Shown: positions 19,091-27,424 of the stretch, piece by piece | Layout of the letters: each line of letters begins with the position of its first letter | Position numbering within the stretch: position 1 is the stretch's first letter | From: a virus | Taxonomy: Duplodnaviria; Caudoviricetes | DNA length: 61,345 bases | Virus record (IMG/VR): IMGVR_UViG_3300036861_000887 | Span: 1 to 61,345 of that record | Strand: one strand, 5' to 3' | The notes under the pieces: model-generated | What the model was told of the DNA's origin: nothing | Seen by the model: the letters and a program-made list of their open reading frames with translations, nothing else | Database searches by the model: none | Program-made: the position numbers and the translations under genes

Positions 19091-20820
19091 GCTGCCTGTG
19101 CCTCCTGTAAGTTGACGAGTCCAGCGGTGCCCTGCTGGAACGCCGCCGCCCCCTCGCGGAGCACCTGGGCTTGTTGTGCCTGTGCCGCCTCCTGCACCCG
19201 TGTCGCCCGAATCTTGTCCCGTTGACGCGTATCCCGCAGCAGGTCACGCCGGTTCCCCAGTGCCAAGGCGGAATCCCTCAAACCCTTGTCCATGTCGAAG
19301 TTATCGACCCAATCCGTGCGGGCCGTCACCTGGGCCGCCTTCCCCAGTAAGTTTAACAGATCGTCCAGCGCGCGTACATGGGACGCCTTTTGACTGCGCG
19401 CCAGCGGGCCTTCATACCGCACCCCAATCTGTCCGCCATGCTGCTGCGCCGCCAGGAGCACTTCGCGCGGGACCAGAGGCAGCACACCATCCCGGCCACG
19501 CGCCCAGGCCTGCTCACTGGCCCGACTCATGAGCCCGAAGGTGCGGTCCATGAGGGGATCCAAGAAATCGGCCAACAACATCACGAAGACCGGCCCCATG
19601 AACCGCGCCATCAGTTCAATGCGTTGGCCCACCTCGTAGGCAGTCATCTTCCCCGTGGCATCCGGCGGCGGAATGGCCAGCAGGTCATCCACGTGGTAGG
19701 CATCCCGAATCTCTTTCTGGAGCCGCGCAATTTCCGAGACGACCTTATCGGGTTGCCCCTGGATATTGAGCGGGAACAGCGCGTCCTTCTGCTCCAGGAT
19801 GTTCACCGCCAATGGCGCAAACCGGAGTGCTCCGGTGAGGGCGCCATTGAGCAGCCCCAGCGCCGGTTGGGCATGCAATTCAACCATTTGCAGCCACATC
19901 ATAATCAATTTATTGAGTGTCTTGGCGGCGGGCAGCGCCTCATGCCCTGGCCCATACCCCCAGGCACTCTGGCCTTCGCGGTCGTAGCGACTCACCAAGA
20001 AGGGAAACTCCTCCCACCCCAGTTCCGTCACGACTTTCTTATCCGTGAGATCAATGATCACATCAGCAAACGGCAGGTTGCGACTGTCCCGGCGGCTGGG
20101 GTCTTGCACTGCGCGCGGGCAGACCACATGCAGATACGGCTCCTTTTCGTCCATTTTGCTATCGTAGTGGGTGCTCCGCATAATCCTCTTCGCCCGCTCT
20201 GGCGCTTGCTCCCGCCACTGCTCCACCGCCTGAATGGGGGTGAAGTAGAGCTTGCGCATGACGGTATCCACCCGCCCACTGGCCCCCTCGGCAATCACGT
20301 AGGAGCCGGGGTAGAGCGTCTGGAACCGCAGCGCAAACACCTGGCTTTCGTACCACAGGTCCTGCCGCTGGCCGACATACGTACAGGCCGTACCAAACAC
20401 CCCCAACTGCGCGTAGTGCTGGAAACTCTCCTGGTAGAAGTTGCTGGTGTTGTAGGCAAAGAGCATGCGGTCAGAGACCGTGCCCATCCAGGGAATCACC
20501 TCGGCGTCATCGTTGAGTTCCTCGTCTTCAAAGCCCAACTCAAACCACGGCAGCGCCGGGTTAGTCGCCGCCGCCTGCAAGTTCCCCGCAAACAGGCGCC
20601 GGGAGCGCAAGCCGGTCGCGTCAAAGAGGTCGAGGGTGCGCGTGCGGGCCAGGCCATCTGGTGTCTCGCCCCGGAAGATGTCACTCTTCGCGGGCCAAAA
20701 CAGATCCGCTTGTTGCCGCCAGGCGTCCAGGTGCGTCTGGTGCTGCCCAAAAAGATGCTCCGAGCGCGCAATGTGGCGCTCGGCCAGCGGACGGCGGTAG
20801 GGGATTACGGTGGCAGGCAT
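19087..20820 (-). CDS. Portal protein (head-tail connector, T7 gp8/Bbp21-like)
   Basis: 577 aa; LFDATG, NPALPWFEL, SNFYQE...LGVFGTAC, GRVDTV, WGYGPGHEALP and MTAYEV motifs. Confidence 0.93.
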   Translation of the reverse strand: MPATVIPYRRPLAERHIARSEHLFGQHQTHLDAWRQQADLFWPAKSDIFRGETPDGLARTRTLDLFDATGLRSRRLFAGNLQAAATNPALPWFELGFEDEELNDDAEVIPWMGTVSDRMLFAYNTSNFYQESFQHYAQLGVFGTACTYVGQRQDLWYESQVFALRFQTLYPGSYVIAEGASGRVDTVMRKLYFTPIQAVEQWREQAPERAKRIMRSTHYDSKMDEKEPYLHVVCPRAVQDPSRRDSRNLPFADVIIDLTDKKVVTELGWEEFPFLVSRYDREGQSAWGYGPGHEALPAAKTLNKLIMMWLQMVELHAQPALGLLNGALTGALRFAPLAVNILEQKDALFPLNIQGQPDKVVSEIARLQKEIRDAYHVDDLLAIPPPDATGKMTAYEVGQRIELMARFMGPVFVMLLADFLDPLMDRTFGLMSRASEQAWARGRDGVLPLVPREVLLAAQQHGGQIGVRYEGPLARSQKASHVRALDDLLNLLGKAAQVTARTDWVDNFDMDKGLRDSALALGNRRDLLRDTRQRDKIRATRVQEAAQAQQAQVLREGAAAFQQGTAGLVNLQEAQAA

Positions 20821-21092
20821 CAGTCCATCCGCTCTTTCTCCGGCACCGTGTACCGGGCAATTAACAGCTCAAGCACTTGGGCGGGCGTCAAGCTTTCATG
20901 GCGCCAGAGCCCCACGGTTCCCTCCGGGGTCCGCACATGCATGATGTCGTAGCGGCTCTGAGAAAACGTCTGACGCGCCTCGAACGCCTCTACATAGAAG
21001 GAGGGAAGTTCTATCTCCTCTGCATAGAAGGAGGGACGTGCTATCGAAAAATACCGTCCATCATAGGGTCCCCCCACACATAAAGCGCGCAT
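20820..21092 (-). CDS. Hypothetical protein
   Basis: 90 aa with a CVGGPYDG motif seen in small phage proteins; coupled to its neighbours. Confidence 0.6.
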   Translation of the reverse strand: MRALCVGGPYDGRYFSIARPSFYAEEIELPSFYVEAFEARQTFSQSRYDIMHVRTPEGTVGLWRHESLTPAQVLELLIARYTVPEKERMD

Positions 21093-21897
21093 CTACCGCC
21101 CTCCCACGGGAAAAACGGTGAACGGATTCGCGGGCTGCGGCGGTTCGCGCTCCCCCATCCGGTCCAGGGGATTGCCCGCGCCCGCGGCAAAGCCTGCGTT
21201 GGCAGAGGACTGGCGCCGTACCCCGGTGTGCTGTTCCCCAAACCAGACACACAGCCCCACGGCAAAGAGCAGATCATCATGCTGCCCAGAGCGCCAGGCC
21301 CCATATTGGTCATTCGCGTCTTTGGTAATCCGGTACTGGAAATTCTGCATTTCTTTGAGCAGCGTCGTGGCATCCGCCAGTTGATTCGACACCAGGATGC
21401 GTCGCGACTGCATGGCCACTTGCAGGCACCCCACCAGCGTCTTTTTGGGCAGCGTGTACTGCAACCAGTCATGTTGTACCGTCTGTTCCCCATGTCCCAT
21501 AGTCACCGCCACCGCAGGCACCCCTTCATGGCGAAAGAGTTCCACCACTGGGCGTCCGCACCCCGTCGCGTCAATGAGTAGGCGATAGGGCCTGGTCCCC
21601 GGATGCGCCGTCCAGTCACGCGGCATTGGCAACTTGTCGATATAGGTCAGCGTCCGCTCTAGCATCCCACCCCCAGACACCCCACCACACGGTCCGCACG
21701 GCTGCCCCGTGGGGACGGAATGCGCGCAGAGATGGGAATAGCCTGTGAGCAGCGGGAAGCGCTCCAGGTGCCGGACAGCGTACCGGGGCTCCACCTCCCC
21801 ACCAAAGTCCACCAGCGTGCGTTCGACAATGGCAATGGCAGCAGGGTCGCTTACTTGACCCACGTCAAAGACCCACCAACCAAGGCGCTATATGCAT
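21093..21897 (-). CDS. Terminase large subunit, nuclease (RNase H-like) domain; needs a +1 frameshift at 21864-21870
   Basis: Frame 1 reads MHIAPWLVGL then stop; the +1 frame reads DVGQVSDPAAIAI, followed by LLIDATGCGRPV and GQHDDLLFA catalytic motifs. Confidence 0.82.
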
Positions 21898-21929
21898 ATT
21901 ACACCTTGCTTTTCAATGCGTTGAGTCAT

Positions 21930-22346
21930 CTAATCCTTCCCTCTGCGCCGCGTGGGGGTCACTTCTGGCGCCTTCTCCACCGGCTCATGCCACGGTTGTT
22001 GCTTGGGCACGAACGGCGCACTCACCTGTTCCCGCATCGTCCCCTCCGCCATGTCTCGCGCCGCACGGGCCTGCATCTCGCGCGTCATCCCCACGCCTGG
22101 CTTCGTCGCCGGGTCATAGGCCGCGTAGCTCTGATTCATGGCATCCTTCAGTTGCTGCATGGGGAACAGCGGGGAGGGCGTGCCCAACTCCGCCCACTCC
22201 AGGCCCTTGGTCCGCCGCCGCATCGACAACACCGGGACCTCCTCGAACGTGACCACCACCTTCCCATCTTCGGTATGCAGATGGTCCCACAGCGCCGCCC
22301 AGTCCATAGTCCCCATCTCCGGCCATGCCACATGCAAGTCAGACAT
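21930..22346 (-). CDS. Hypothetical protein between the two terminase halves
   Basis: 138 aa, GGGGAG RBS, overlaps the stop of the ATPase gene. Confidence 0.65.
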   Translation of the reverse strand: MSDLHVAWPEMGTMDWAALWDHLHTEDGKVVVTFEEVPVLSMRRRTKGLEWAELGTPSPLFPMQQLKDAMNQSYAAYDPATKPGVGMTREMQARAARDMAEGTMREQVSAPFVPKQQPWHEPVEKAPEVTPTRRRGKD

Positions 22347-23217
22347 TTGCATTCTCCCCAAAAAGTCGTTGCACCTTGGAACTCAGGATCGTGTCGAGCA
22401 CCTCTCGATGATGTCCCGTGGGAAACAATGGGAGGACATCAGAGGTGAGCATATTTTGTACGTCTTCCCAGCGAAAAACCTGATCCATCGTATCCACAAA
22501 CTCACACAACCACTCCTGCCGAAACACCAAATCGGGTACCTGCCGCCGCTCATTTGCCAGGAACCGCTTGGACAGCCGAGGGCTCTCCGGCGCCGGGAGA
22601 AACGTCTTACTCCAAGTGAGCGGGCGGGTATCGGCCGCCCATTCCTCCTCGGTAATGTACGCAATCCCGAGATCGGCCAACAACGCTTCCGCCGTCGCCT
22701 TATCCATCTCTTGCGCCGTCAAATCGTCAGCTCCCGTCCAGGCCTCAAAGAACCAGCCCCGTTTCCCATACGGCGTCGTCGCCGCAATGAGGCGCCCTTG
22801 CGACATGGCCAGCATGGGGCGAATCGCATAATAGACCGCATCAGGAATCCGCGCCGCTTCGTCCAGCACCAGTAAGTCCACGCTCGAAAACCCCACAATG
22901 GTAAGGGCCGTTCCTGGAAGGCTGATAATCCGGCTACGGTTCGGCAACTCCAAACTGAGCGCCGTATCCCGCAGCAGCGGCATTGGCTGCGTTACATCGT
23001 AAAAGTGCTTGACTTTCCGAAATAACTCCCCACTTTGCCGCAAACTGGGCGAAATCAGCAGGACCAGGGCGCCGGCTTTGTTACACGCGGTCTCCAAGCT
23101 CAAGTCGGCCAGGTCCGTCGTCTTCCCCGACTGCCGATGACACACCCAGAGCTGATTCCCAGGAATGCCCGCGACCTGCGTTTGCCAGGCATCCGGCTCC
23201 AGGCCCGCGGCCCGCAT
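22339..23217 (-). CDS. Terminase large subunit, ATPase domain
   Basis: PDAWQ adenine-binding motif, HRQSGKTT Walker A, LLVLDEAARI Walker B, ATTPYGKRGWFFE motif III, FRQEWLCEF; ends before any nuclease domain. Confidence 0.9.
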   Translation of the reverse strand: MRAAGLEPDAWQTQVAGIPGNQLWVCHRQSGKTTDLADLSLETACNKAGALVLLISPSLRQSGELFRKVKHFYDVTQPMPLLRDTALSLELPNRSRIISLPGTALTIVGFSSVDLLVLDEAARIPDAVYYAIRPMLAMSQGRLIAATTPYGKRGWFFEAWTGADDLTAQEMDKATAEALLADLGIAYITEEEWAADTRPLTWSKTFLPAPESPRLSKRFLANERRQVPDLVFRQEWLCEFVDTMDQVFRWEDVQNMLTSDVLPLFPTGHHREVLDTILSSKVQRLFGENANV

Positions 23218-23221
23218 TAAC

Positions 23222-23878
23222 TCAAGCGCGGTGACCGTTCTGGCCGGGGCCTGACTCGACAGCGGTATACGTTGCTCGAAGCGCTGGAGCAGCCCCTGGC
23301 TCAGTGTGCTGTTGGAGGAACGCGCGAATCGCCTGTTGCCCTTCCGGATCTCCCACATAGCGCAATACCAATTCCACAAAGGCGTCTAGGAACGCTTCAT
23401 CTTGGCGAAAGATTTCAAAATACCGGCCCAGCAACTCCAGCGCCTTCACCTTCGGATGCAGGGTCAACTCAATCTGCGTATGGCGGTGCGTCGCCTTATC
23501 CGGCCCCGTGGTCACCCGCGACCGCACTTTGACAGACTGCACCGTCGCCGTGATATGCCGTGGCAGTTTGGCCGACGGCACCAGGGCCACCTCCCCCGCC
23601 TCGTCCCAACTCATCAGCTGACTCACATCGGCAAACGCCAAGGCCGCCAACTCTTGCAAGACCGCTTCGGGCGTAATGTGAATCGTCTCCCGGAGCTGCT
23701 TGAGTCGCGTCGTGAGGGCGACTTGCATCAGCGGCTGACTGAGAATCTGTTGCGCCCGCTGCTTCGCCGAGCTGGGCGTATACCCTGCGCGCACCGCCGC
23801 CGCCGCCGCGTTGAAATCAACCAGGTACTCTTCAAGTAACCGCGCCTTTTTTGGCGTCATCTGGCTCGGATGTGGCAT
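23222..23878 (-). CDS. terS: Terminase small subunit
   Basis: MTPKKARLLEEYLVDFNAAAAAVRAGY...VLQELAALAF...KVKALELLGRY is a classic Terminase_2 pattern. Confidence 0.9.
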   Translation of the reverse strand: MPHPSQMTPKKARLLEEYLVDFNAAAAAVRAGYTPSSAKQRAQQILSQPLMQVALTTRLKQLRETIHITPEAVLQELAALAFADVSQLMSWDEAGEVALVPSAKLPRHITATVQSVKVRSRVTTGPDKATHRHTQIELTLHPKVKALELLGRYFEIFRQDEAFLDAFVELVLRYVGDPEGQQAIRAFLQQHTEPGAAPALRATYTAVESGPGQNGHRA

Positions 23879-23881
23879 CGC

Positions 23882-24367
23882 TTATAGCCCAAACCAGTAC
23901 TTGACCAGATCGGTGCACGGCCCGTCATGCTGCCCCTGGAGCTTCTCGGCCAGCAACAGCAGCCCCTGACAGGAGCGCTTATGTTGCGCAATGGCCGCCA
24001 GCTTCGCCTGCACCAGCACTGCAAACTGCTCCAGCGTGGGCGCATGGACATCAATGAGCGGCAGGCTCTCCAAGGGAATGCCTGCCGCCAGCGCGTCTAC
24101 CTTGGCCGACAGGGCCTCCACCTCGCTCCGCATCTCTTTATAGAGGTCCTCAAAGGCGCGCACGGCATCGTGCACCGGGGTATCTGACGCCCCCGTCACC
24201 GAGGCGACACCACCCGCCGCCTTATTCTGCCGCTTCGCTGCCAGCACCATTCGCGCTACCTGGGCATCCTCGCTCCCCGGCCCCACGTCATCCGGGTCCG
24301 GCTCAATTCGGTCACTGAAGTCCAAGGTGTCCTCGGGCTCTTGGATGAAGGGATTTCCTTTGGGCAT
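23882..24367 (-). CDS. Hypothetical protein
   Basis: 161 aa, AAGGAG RBS, acidic N-terminus, C-terminal HxxxC...HxxxC. Confidence 0.6.
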   Translation of the reverse strand: MPKGNPFIQEPEDTLDFSDRIEPDPDDVGPGSEDAQVARMVLAAKRQNKAAGGVASVTGASDTPVHDAVRAFEDLYKEMRSEVEALSAKVDALAAGIPLESLPLIDVHAPTLEQFAVLVQAKLAAIAQHKRSCQGLLLLAEKLQGQHDGPCTDLVKYWFGL

Positions 24368-24369
24368 GC

Positions 24370-24540
24370 TTACTCCTTCTTTGCCATATGCATAAAATCG
24401 CCCAATTTCTTCGCCCCCATCTGGGCCATGGCTTTAACGGCCTTGCGCGCCCCTGCGGGAAACCGCGTGATCGGTGCGCCGAGGGCATAGGCCTTGGCCA
24501 TGCGGGCCGTATGCATCTGGGCTGTCGAGACAGCTGGCAC
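24370..24540 (-). CDS. Small basic protein, DUF3008-like
   Basis: GTG start; MPAVSTAQMHTARMAKAY...KAMAQMGAKKLGDFMH resembles MPAKSKAQ...MSEKELEDFA-type proteins. Confidence 0.45.
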   Translation of the reverse strand: MPAVSTAQMHTARMAKAYALGAPITRFPAGARKAVKAMAQMGAKKLGDFMHMAKKE

Positions 24541-24548
24541 AGGTCCTC

Positions 24549-25022
24549 CTAATTCGCCACCAAGCTTCCTGAGGAGCGCCACGTCAAACCATCCGAAATC
24601 ACACGGGTGCAATCATTGGCGGTGAGGACGATATCCGCCGCACCGATAGACAAGAAGGCCGCGTTGTTGTCAAGAGTGATGGAATTCGTGACCCCTACGT
24701 TACAGACGACCATTTCGCAAGCCGCGCCACCCATAGTGGTCGCCGCTGTGAACGTCGCAGAAGTAGAAGTCGTCACTGCTCCCGCAGCCGTGATCCGCTT
24801 AAGCCCTCCACATGCATCGCCGCGTATGGTATCCCCCGACGCAATGGTTTGAATCGCGGGCAGTGGCCCCATGCTCCCATCCACAAACTGATAGATCTGT
24901 CCTCGAATAGGATACCGCGCCACCGCCGCCCAGGCCACCACCGCCCAGACCAGGCCCACGACCAGGCACAGCGCCAGGCCCTTGCCCACCCCCGTCAACC
25001 TATTCCAGAGTCGTCGCATCAT
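24549..25022 (-). CDS. Signal-peptide protein, beta-rich fibre/baseplate-like domain
   Basis: Hydrophobic leader ending AWA; Thr/Ala beta strands; VISDGLTWR C-terminus. Confidence 0.65.
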   Translation of the reverse strand: MMRRLWNRLTGVGKGLALCLVVGLVWAVVAWAAVARYPIRGQIYQFVDGSMGPLPAIQTIASGDTIRGDACGGLKRITAAGAVTTSTSATFTAATTMGGAACEMVVCNVGVTNSITLDNNAAFLSIGAADIVLTANDCTRVISDGLTWRSSGSLVAN

Positions 25023-25029
25023 ATTCCTC

Positions 25030-25383
25030 CTATGGCAAGGACCAAATGTGAACCGTCGCAGAAAGACCCGTGTCGCATATGACACTTACGCTGCGTATCG
25101 GCCGCTTCTCCCAATGCACCGTTTCCCCAGCTGCCAGCGGAACCGTCGTGGAATCCACCGTGGCCGCCCCATTAAACTGATAATACACCGGGTCCCCGCT
25201 CACATTGCGGATATACCCTTCCATCCCCGGCTGCGGCGTCCCGCCACCCGCCGTAAAGGTAATCGTCGTGGTGCTTACTGTGGCTGTGGCCGCCACCACC
25301 TTGGAGAACGGCATCAGGCCCCAGGCCACTCCCCCCAGCAGCACCACCGCCAGACTCCCCACCAGGCCCCACCGCCACTGCAT
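25030..25383 (-). CDS. Signal-peptide protein, small jelly-roll-like
   Basis: Leader ending AWG; YIRNVSGDPVYYQFNG...VPLAAGET pattern. Confidence 0.65.
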   Translation of the reverse strand: MQWRWGLVGSLAVVLLGGVAWGLMPFSKVVAATATVSTTTITFTAGGGTPQPGMEGYIRNVSGDPVYYQFNGAATVDSTTVPLAAGETVHWEKRPIRSVSVICDTGLSATVHIWSLP

Positions 25384-25395
25384 TGCGTTGTCCTC

Positions 25396-25633
25396 CTACG
25401 GGACCATGCCAGCCACGGCCGCGTTCAGTGCGTCCAAGCGCGCAACCGCCTGGTCAATTTTCTCTTGATCGACCATATCCGCCTCAAGAATCGCTTTAAT
25501 CGCGGCCGTTTCATCGGCCACGGTCTGCGTTAAGGTGGTAATCATAGTCTCTAACCGTTCAGTGGATGCCATAAGCTTCGTCTCCAAGGCGTGGAGCGCC
25601 TGTAAAATATGTGTCGTCTCGTGTCCGTCCATC
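25396..25633 (-). CDS. Small coiled-coil protein (start uncertain)
   Basis: ALETKLMASTERLETMITTLTQTV heptad pattern. Confidence 0.5.
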
Positions 25634-25687
25634 CCATGCCAATACAGATGCACATGCAGGGTTAAATCAATGGGCGTTCCTCCTCTG

Positions 25688-25837
25688 TTACAACCGACCA
25701 CTCAGCAGCAGGATCACCAGAATAATCACCAGCACAAAGCCCAGGCCCGAGGGACCGTATCCCATTTGGTGATAGCCCCATGTCGGGAGACCACCCAGGC
25801 TGAAAATGATGAGGATGACCAACAAAACCAGCAACAT
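25688..25837 (-). CDS. DUF3309-family two-helix membrane protein (49 aa)
   Basis: Below the ORF-track size cutoff. Manual translation MLLVLLVILIIFSLGGLPTWGYHQMGYGPSGLGFVLVIILVILLLSGRL matches the LPTW...GYxPSG...LxGRL family pattern. Confidence 0.8.
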   Translation of the reverse strand: MLLVLLVILIIFSLGGLPTWGYHQMGYGPSGLGFVLVIILVILLLSGRL

Positions 25838-25841
25838 ACGT

Positions 25842-26051
25842 TTATGCCCTCCCCTCTGCGCCCCTCCGAAACTGCTCCACCAGTTCTTCGTATGTCGGAA
25901 TCAGTGCCAGGACATCATCTTTTGGCGCACCAGGCGGAAGCGTGGCACGCTTCCGATGCCCACACATGCAGCACACGACATGCGCCTTGCTGAGGACTGT
26001 CTTGTCCTGGCAGTAGCAGTGGTCCGCCGGGTTGCAATGGCTCCATATCAC
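25842..26051 (-). CDS. Small Cys/His-rich hypothetical protein
   Basis: HCYC...CCMCGH; coupled to the upstream gene. Confidence 0.5.
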   Translation of the reverse strand: MIWSHCNPADHCYCQDKTVLSKAHVVCCMCGHRKRATLPPGAPKDDVLALIPTYEELVEQFRRGAEGRA

Positions 26052-26383
26052 GGCCTCAGCACGAGTGGTGGTTTGTGTAAATCATTGACAATCTTGGAAA
26101 TGCATCGAAAGTTCACCCCGGCCAATTCCGTGATATCGGCCTGGTCCACGACGGCCGCCGTCGGGTACAGCGCCACAAAGGCCGCAAACGCCCGTTGGAC
26201 CGCCTCTTCCATGTTCTGCTGGGTCAGCCCGCCACTCTCCACCAGGTCATCCACTTCATCAATGAGGGGAGCCAGCGTGGGCAGAAACCGGAGGAGGACC
26301 GGGCTTTTCCCTACGCCCGGAATCCACCCCCAGATCATCGGGAGAAACAACAGCAAGGCTTTCAGTTGCAAGGCGAAACTCAT
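26048..26383 (-). CDS. Hypothetical protein with hydrophobic N-terminus
   Basis: 111 aa, GGAGGGGG RBS. Confidence 0.6.
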   Translation of the reverse strand: MSFALQLKALLLFLPMIWGWIPGVGKSPVLLRFLPTLAPLIDEVDDLVESGGLTQQNMEEAVQRAFAAFVALYPTAAVVDQADITELAGVNFRCISKIVNDLHKPPLVLRP

Positions 26384-26393
26384 ACCCCCCTCC

Positions 26394-26759
26394 CTACGGC
26401 AAGGTTAGTTGCAAAATGACTTTGAGATTACTTGGGCTCAATACTTGTGTGACAAAAACTTCATTACTTTTATCAGACTCAAGGTTCCCAGGCGCCGTCG
26501 CGGTTAAGGCGTAATACTCACCGGCCGCACACTGCGTGGTATACGTTGGTTTCGTCGCATCTGGCAGGGACGACACAGGAATGATCACATAGCTGGTATA
26601 GGTTTTACTCACCACCCCTTTGTACAGGCGATAGGCATCAAAGGCTGGCCCTCCAGGCCCTGGCGGGGTCCAGGCCCAGGTACACGGCGCTGCGTGCGCC
26701 AGTCCCATGGTCAGCACACTGAGGAGCAGCAAGACACTCCCGGTCAAGACGCGTCTCAT
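26394..26759 (-). CDS. Secreted fibronectin type III-like protein
   Basis: Signal peptide ending AHA; WTPP...YRLY...YYALTA...NLESDKSNEV is a canonical FN3 pattern. Confidence 0.8.
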   Translation of the reverse strand: MRRVLTGSVLLLLSVLTMGLAHAAPCTWAWTPPGPGGPAFDAYRLYKGVVSKTYTSYVIIPVSSLPDATKPTYTTQCAAGEYYALTATAPGNLESDKSNEVFVTQVLSPSNLKVILQLTLP

Positions 26760-26769
26760 CGATAGACTC

Positions 26770-27408
26770 CTATCCCGGGAGCGGCGGGACAGGGGCCGCC
26801 ACCGGGGTCATAATGCCCTGAAACACATACGTGGCCCCCATGCCGATCACGGTGACCAACAGCTCCACCGGAATCTCCCGCCCATCCTTACACAGGGCCA
26901 TGGTGCGAAAGGGTTGCCCGATAATGCGGGAGGGCTCCCCGGCGCGGAACGCCTGCAAGCTCTCTCGATGCTTGGCCCGCAAGGCCGCGGGAACGGCGAG
27001 CGTGGCAAACTCCTTCCCCAGCACTTCCGCCGCGAGCCAGCCCAGGAGCTTCGTCGCCGCGGCATTCCAATCCTGGACATGGCCGGTGGCCGTGAGGACG
27101 ATACACACCGGCGCCCGCTGTTCCACTTCCTGGACGAGGAGCCGCCGCGTCGTGTCGGCCTCCATCGCCTCATGCTTGGCATGCGTAAATGCGCTCTCCA
27201 CCGCCAATAATTGCCGCTCCAAGCGCTCCATCCGCGAATTGGTGTTGTGATCGACCTTGTCGACCTTGGTATCCAACACCTCCTGGTTGGTGAGCACGCT
27301 CTCGGTCTTTTTGCGCAACGCCAGAATCTGCTGGCCAATCGCGCCAACAAGCAGCACGAGCACGCCGCCCACTGCCCCAATGATCGCTGTCATGTCCCCG
27401 ATCGTCAC
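26770..27408 (-). CDS. Membrane-anchored coiled-coil plus PAS domain protein
   Basis: N-terminal TM helix and coil, then GHVQDWNAAATKLLGWLAAEVLGKEF...KHRESL...IIGQPF...ALCKDGREIPVELLV (PAS/PAC). Confidence 0.88.
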   Translation of the reverse strand: MTIGDMTAIIGAVGGVLVLLVGAIGQQILALRKKTESVLTNQEVLDTKVDKVDHNTNSRMERLERQLLAVESAFTHAKHEAMEADTTRRLLVQEVEQRAPVCIVLTATGHVQDWNAAATKLLGWLAAEVLGKEFATLAVPAALRAKHRESLQAFRAGEPSRIIGQPFRTMALCKDGREIPVELLVTVIGMGATYVFQGIMTPVAAPVPPLPG

Positions 27409-27424
27409 GGCTTCCACCCTCTTA

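Noticed and set aside
19378-20952. 524-aa plus-strand ORF
   Set aside because: Lies exactly antisense to the portal gene, with the His/Arg/Gln-rich composition typical of shadow frames.
22339-23379. ORF-track starts that overlap upstream genes (e.g. terminase ATPase from 23379, GIY-YIG gene from 46438, ejection protein from 6885)
   Set aside because: The extensions run deep into neighbouring genes and lack RBSs; downstream starts were used instead.
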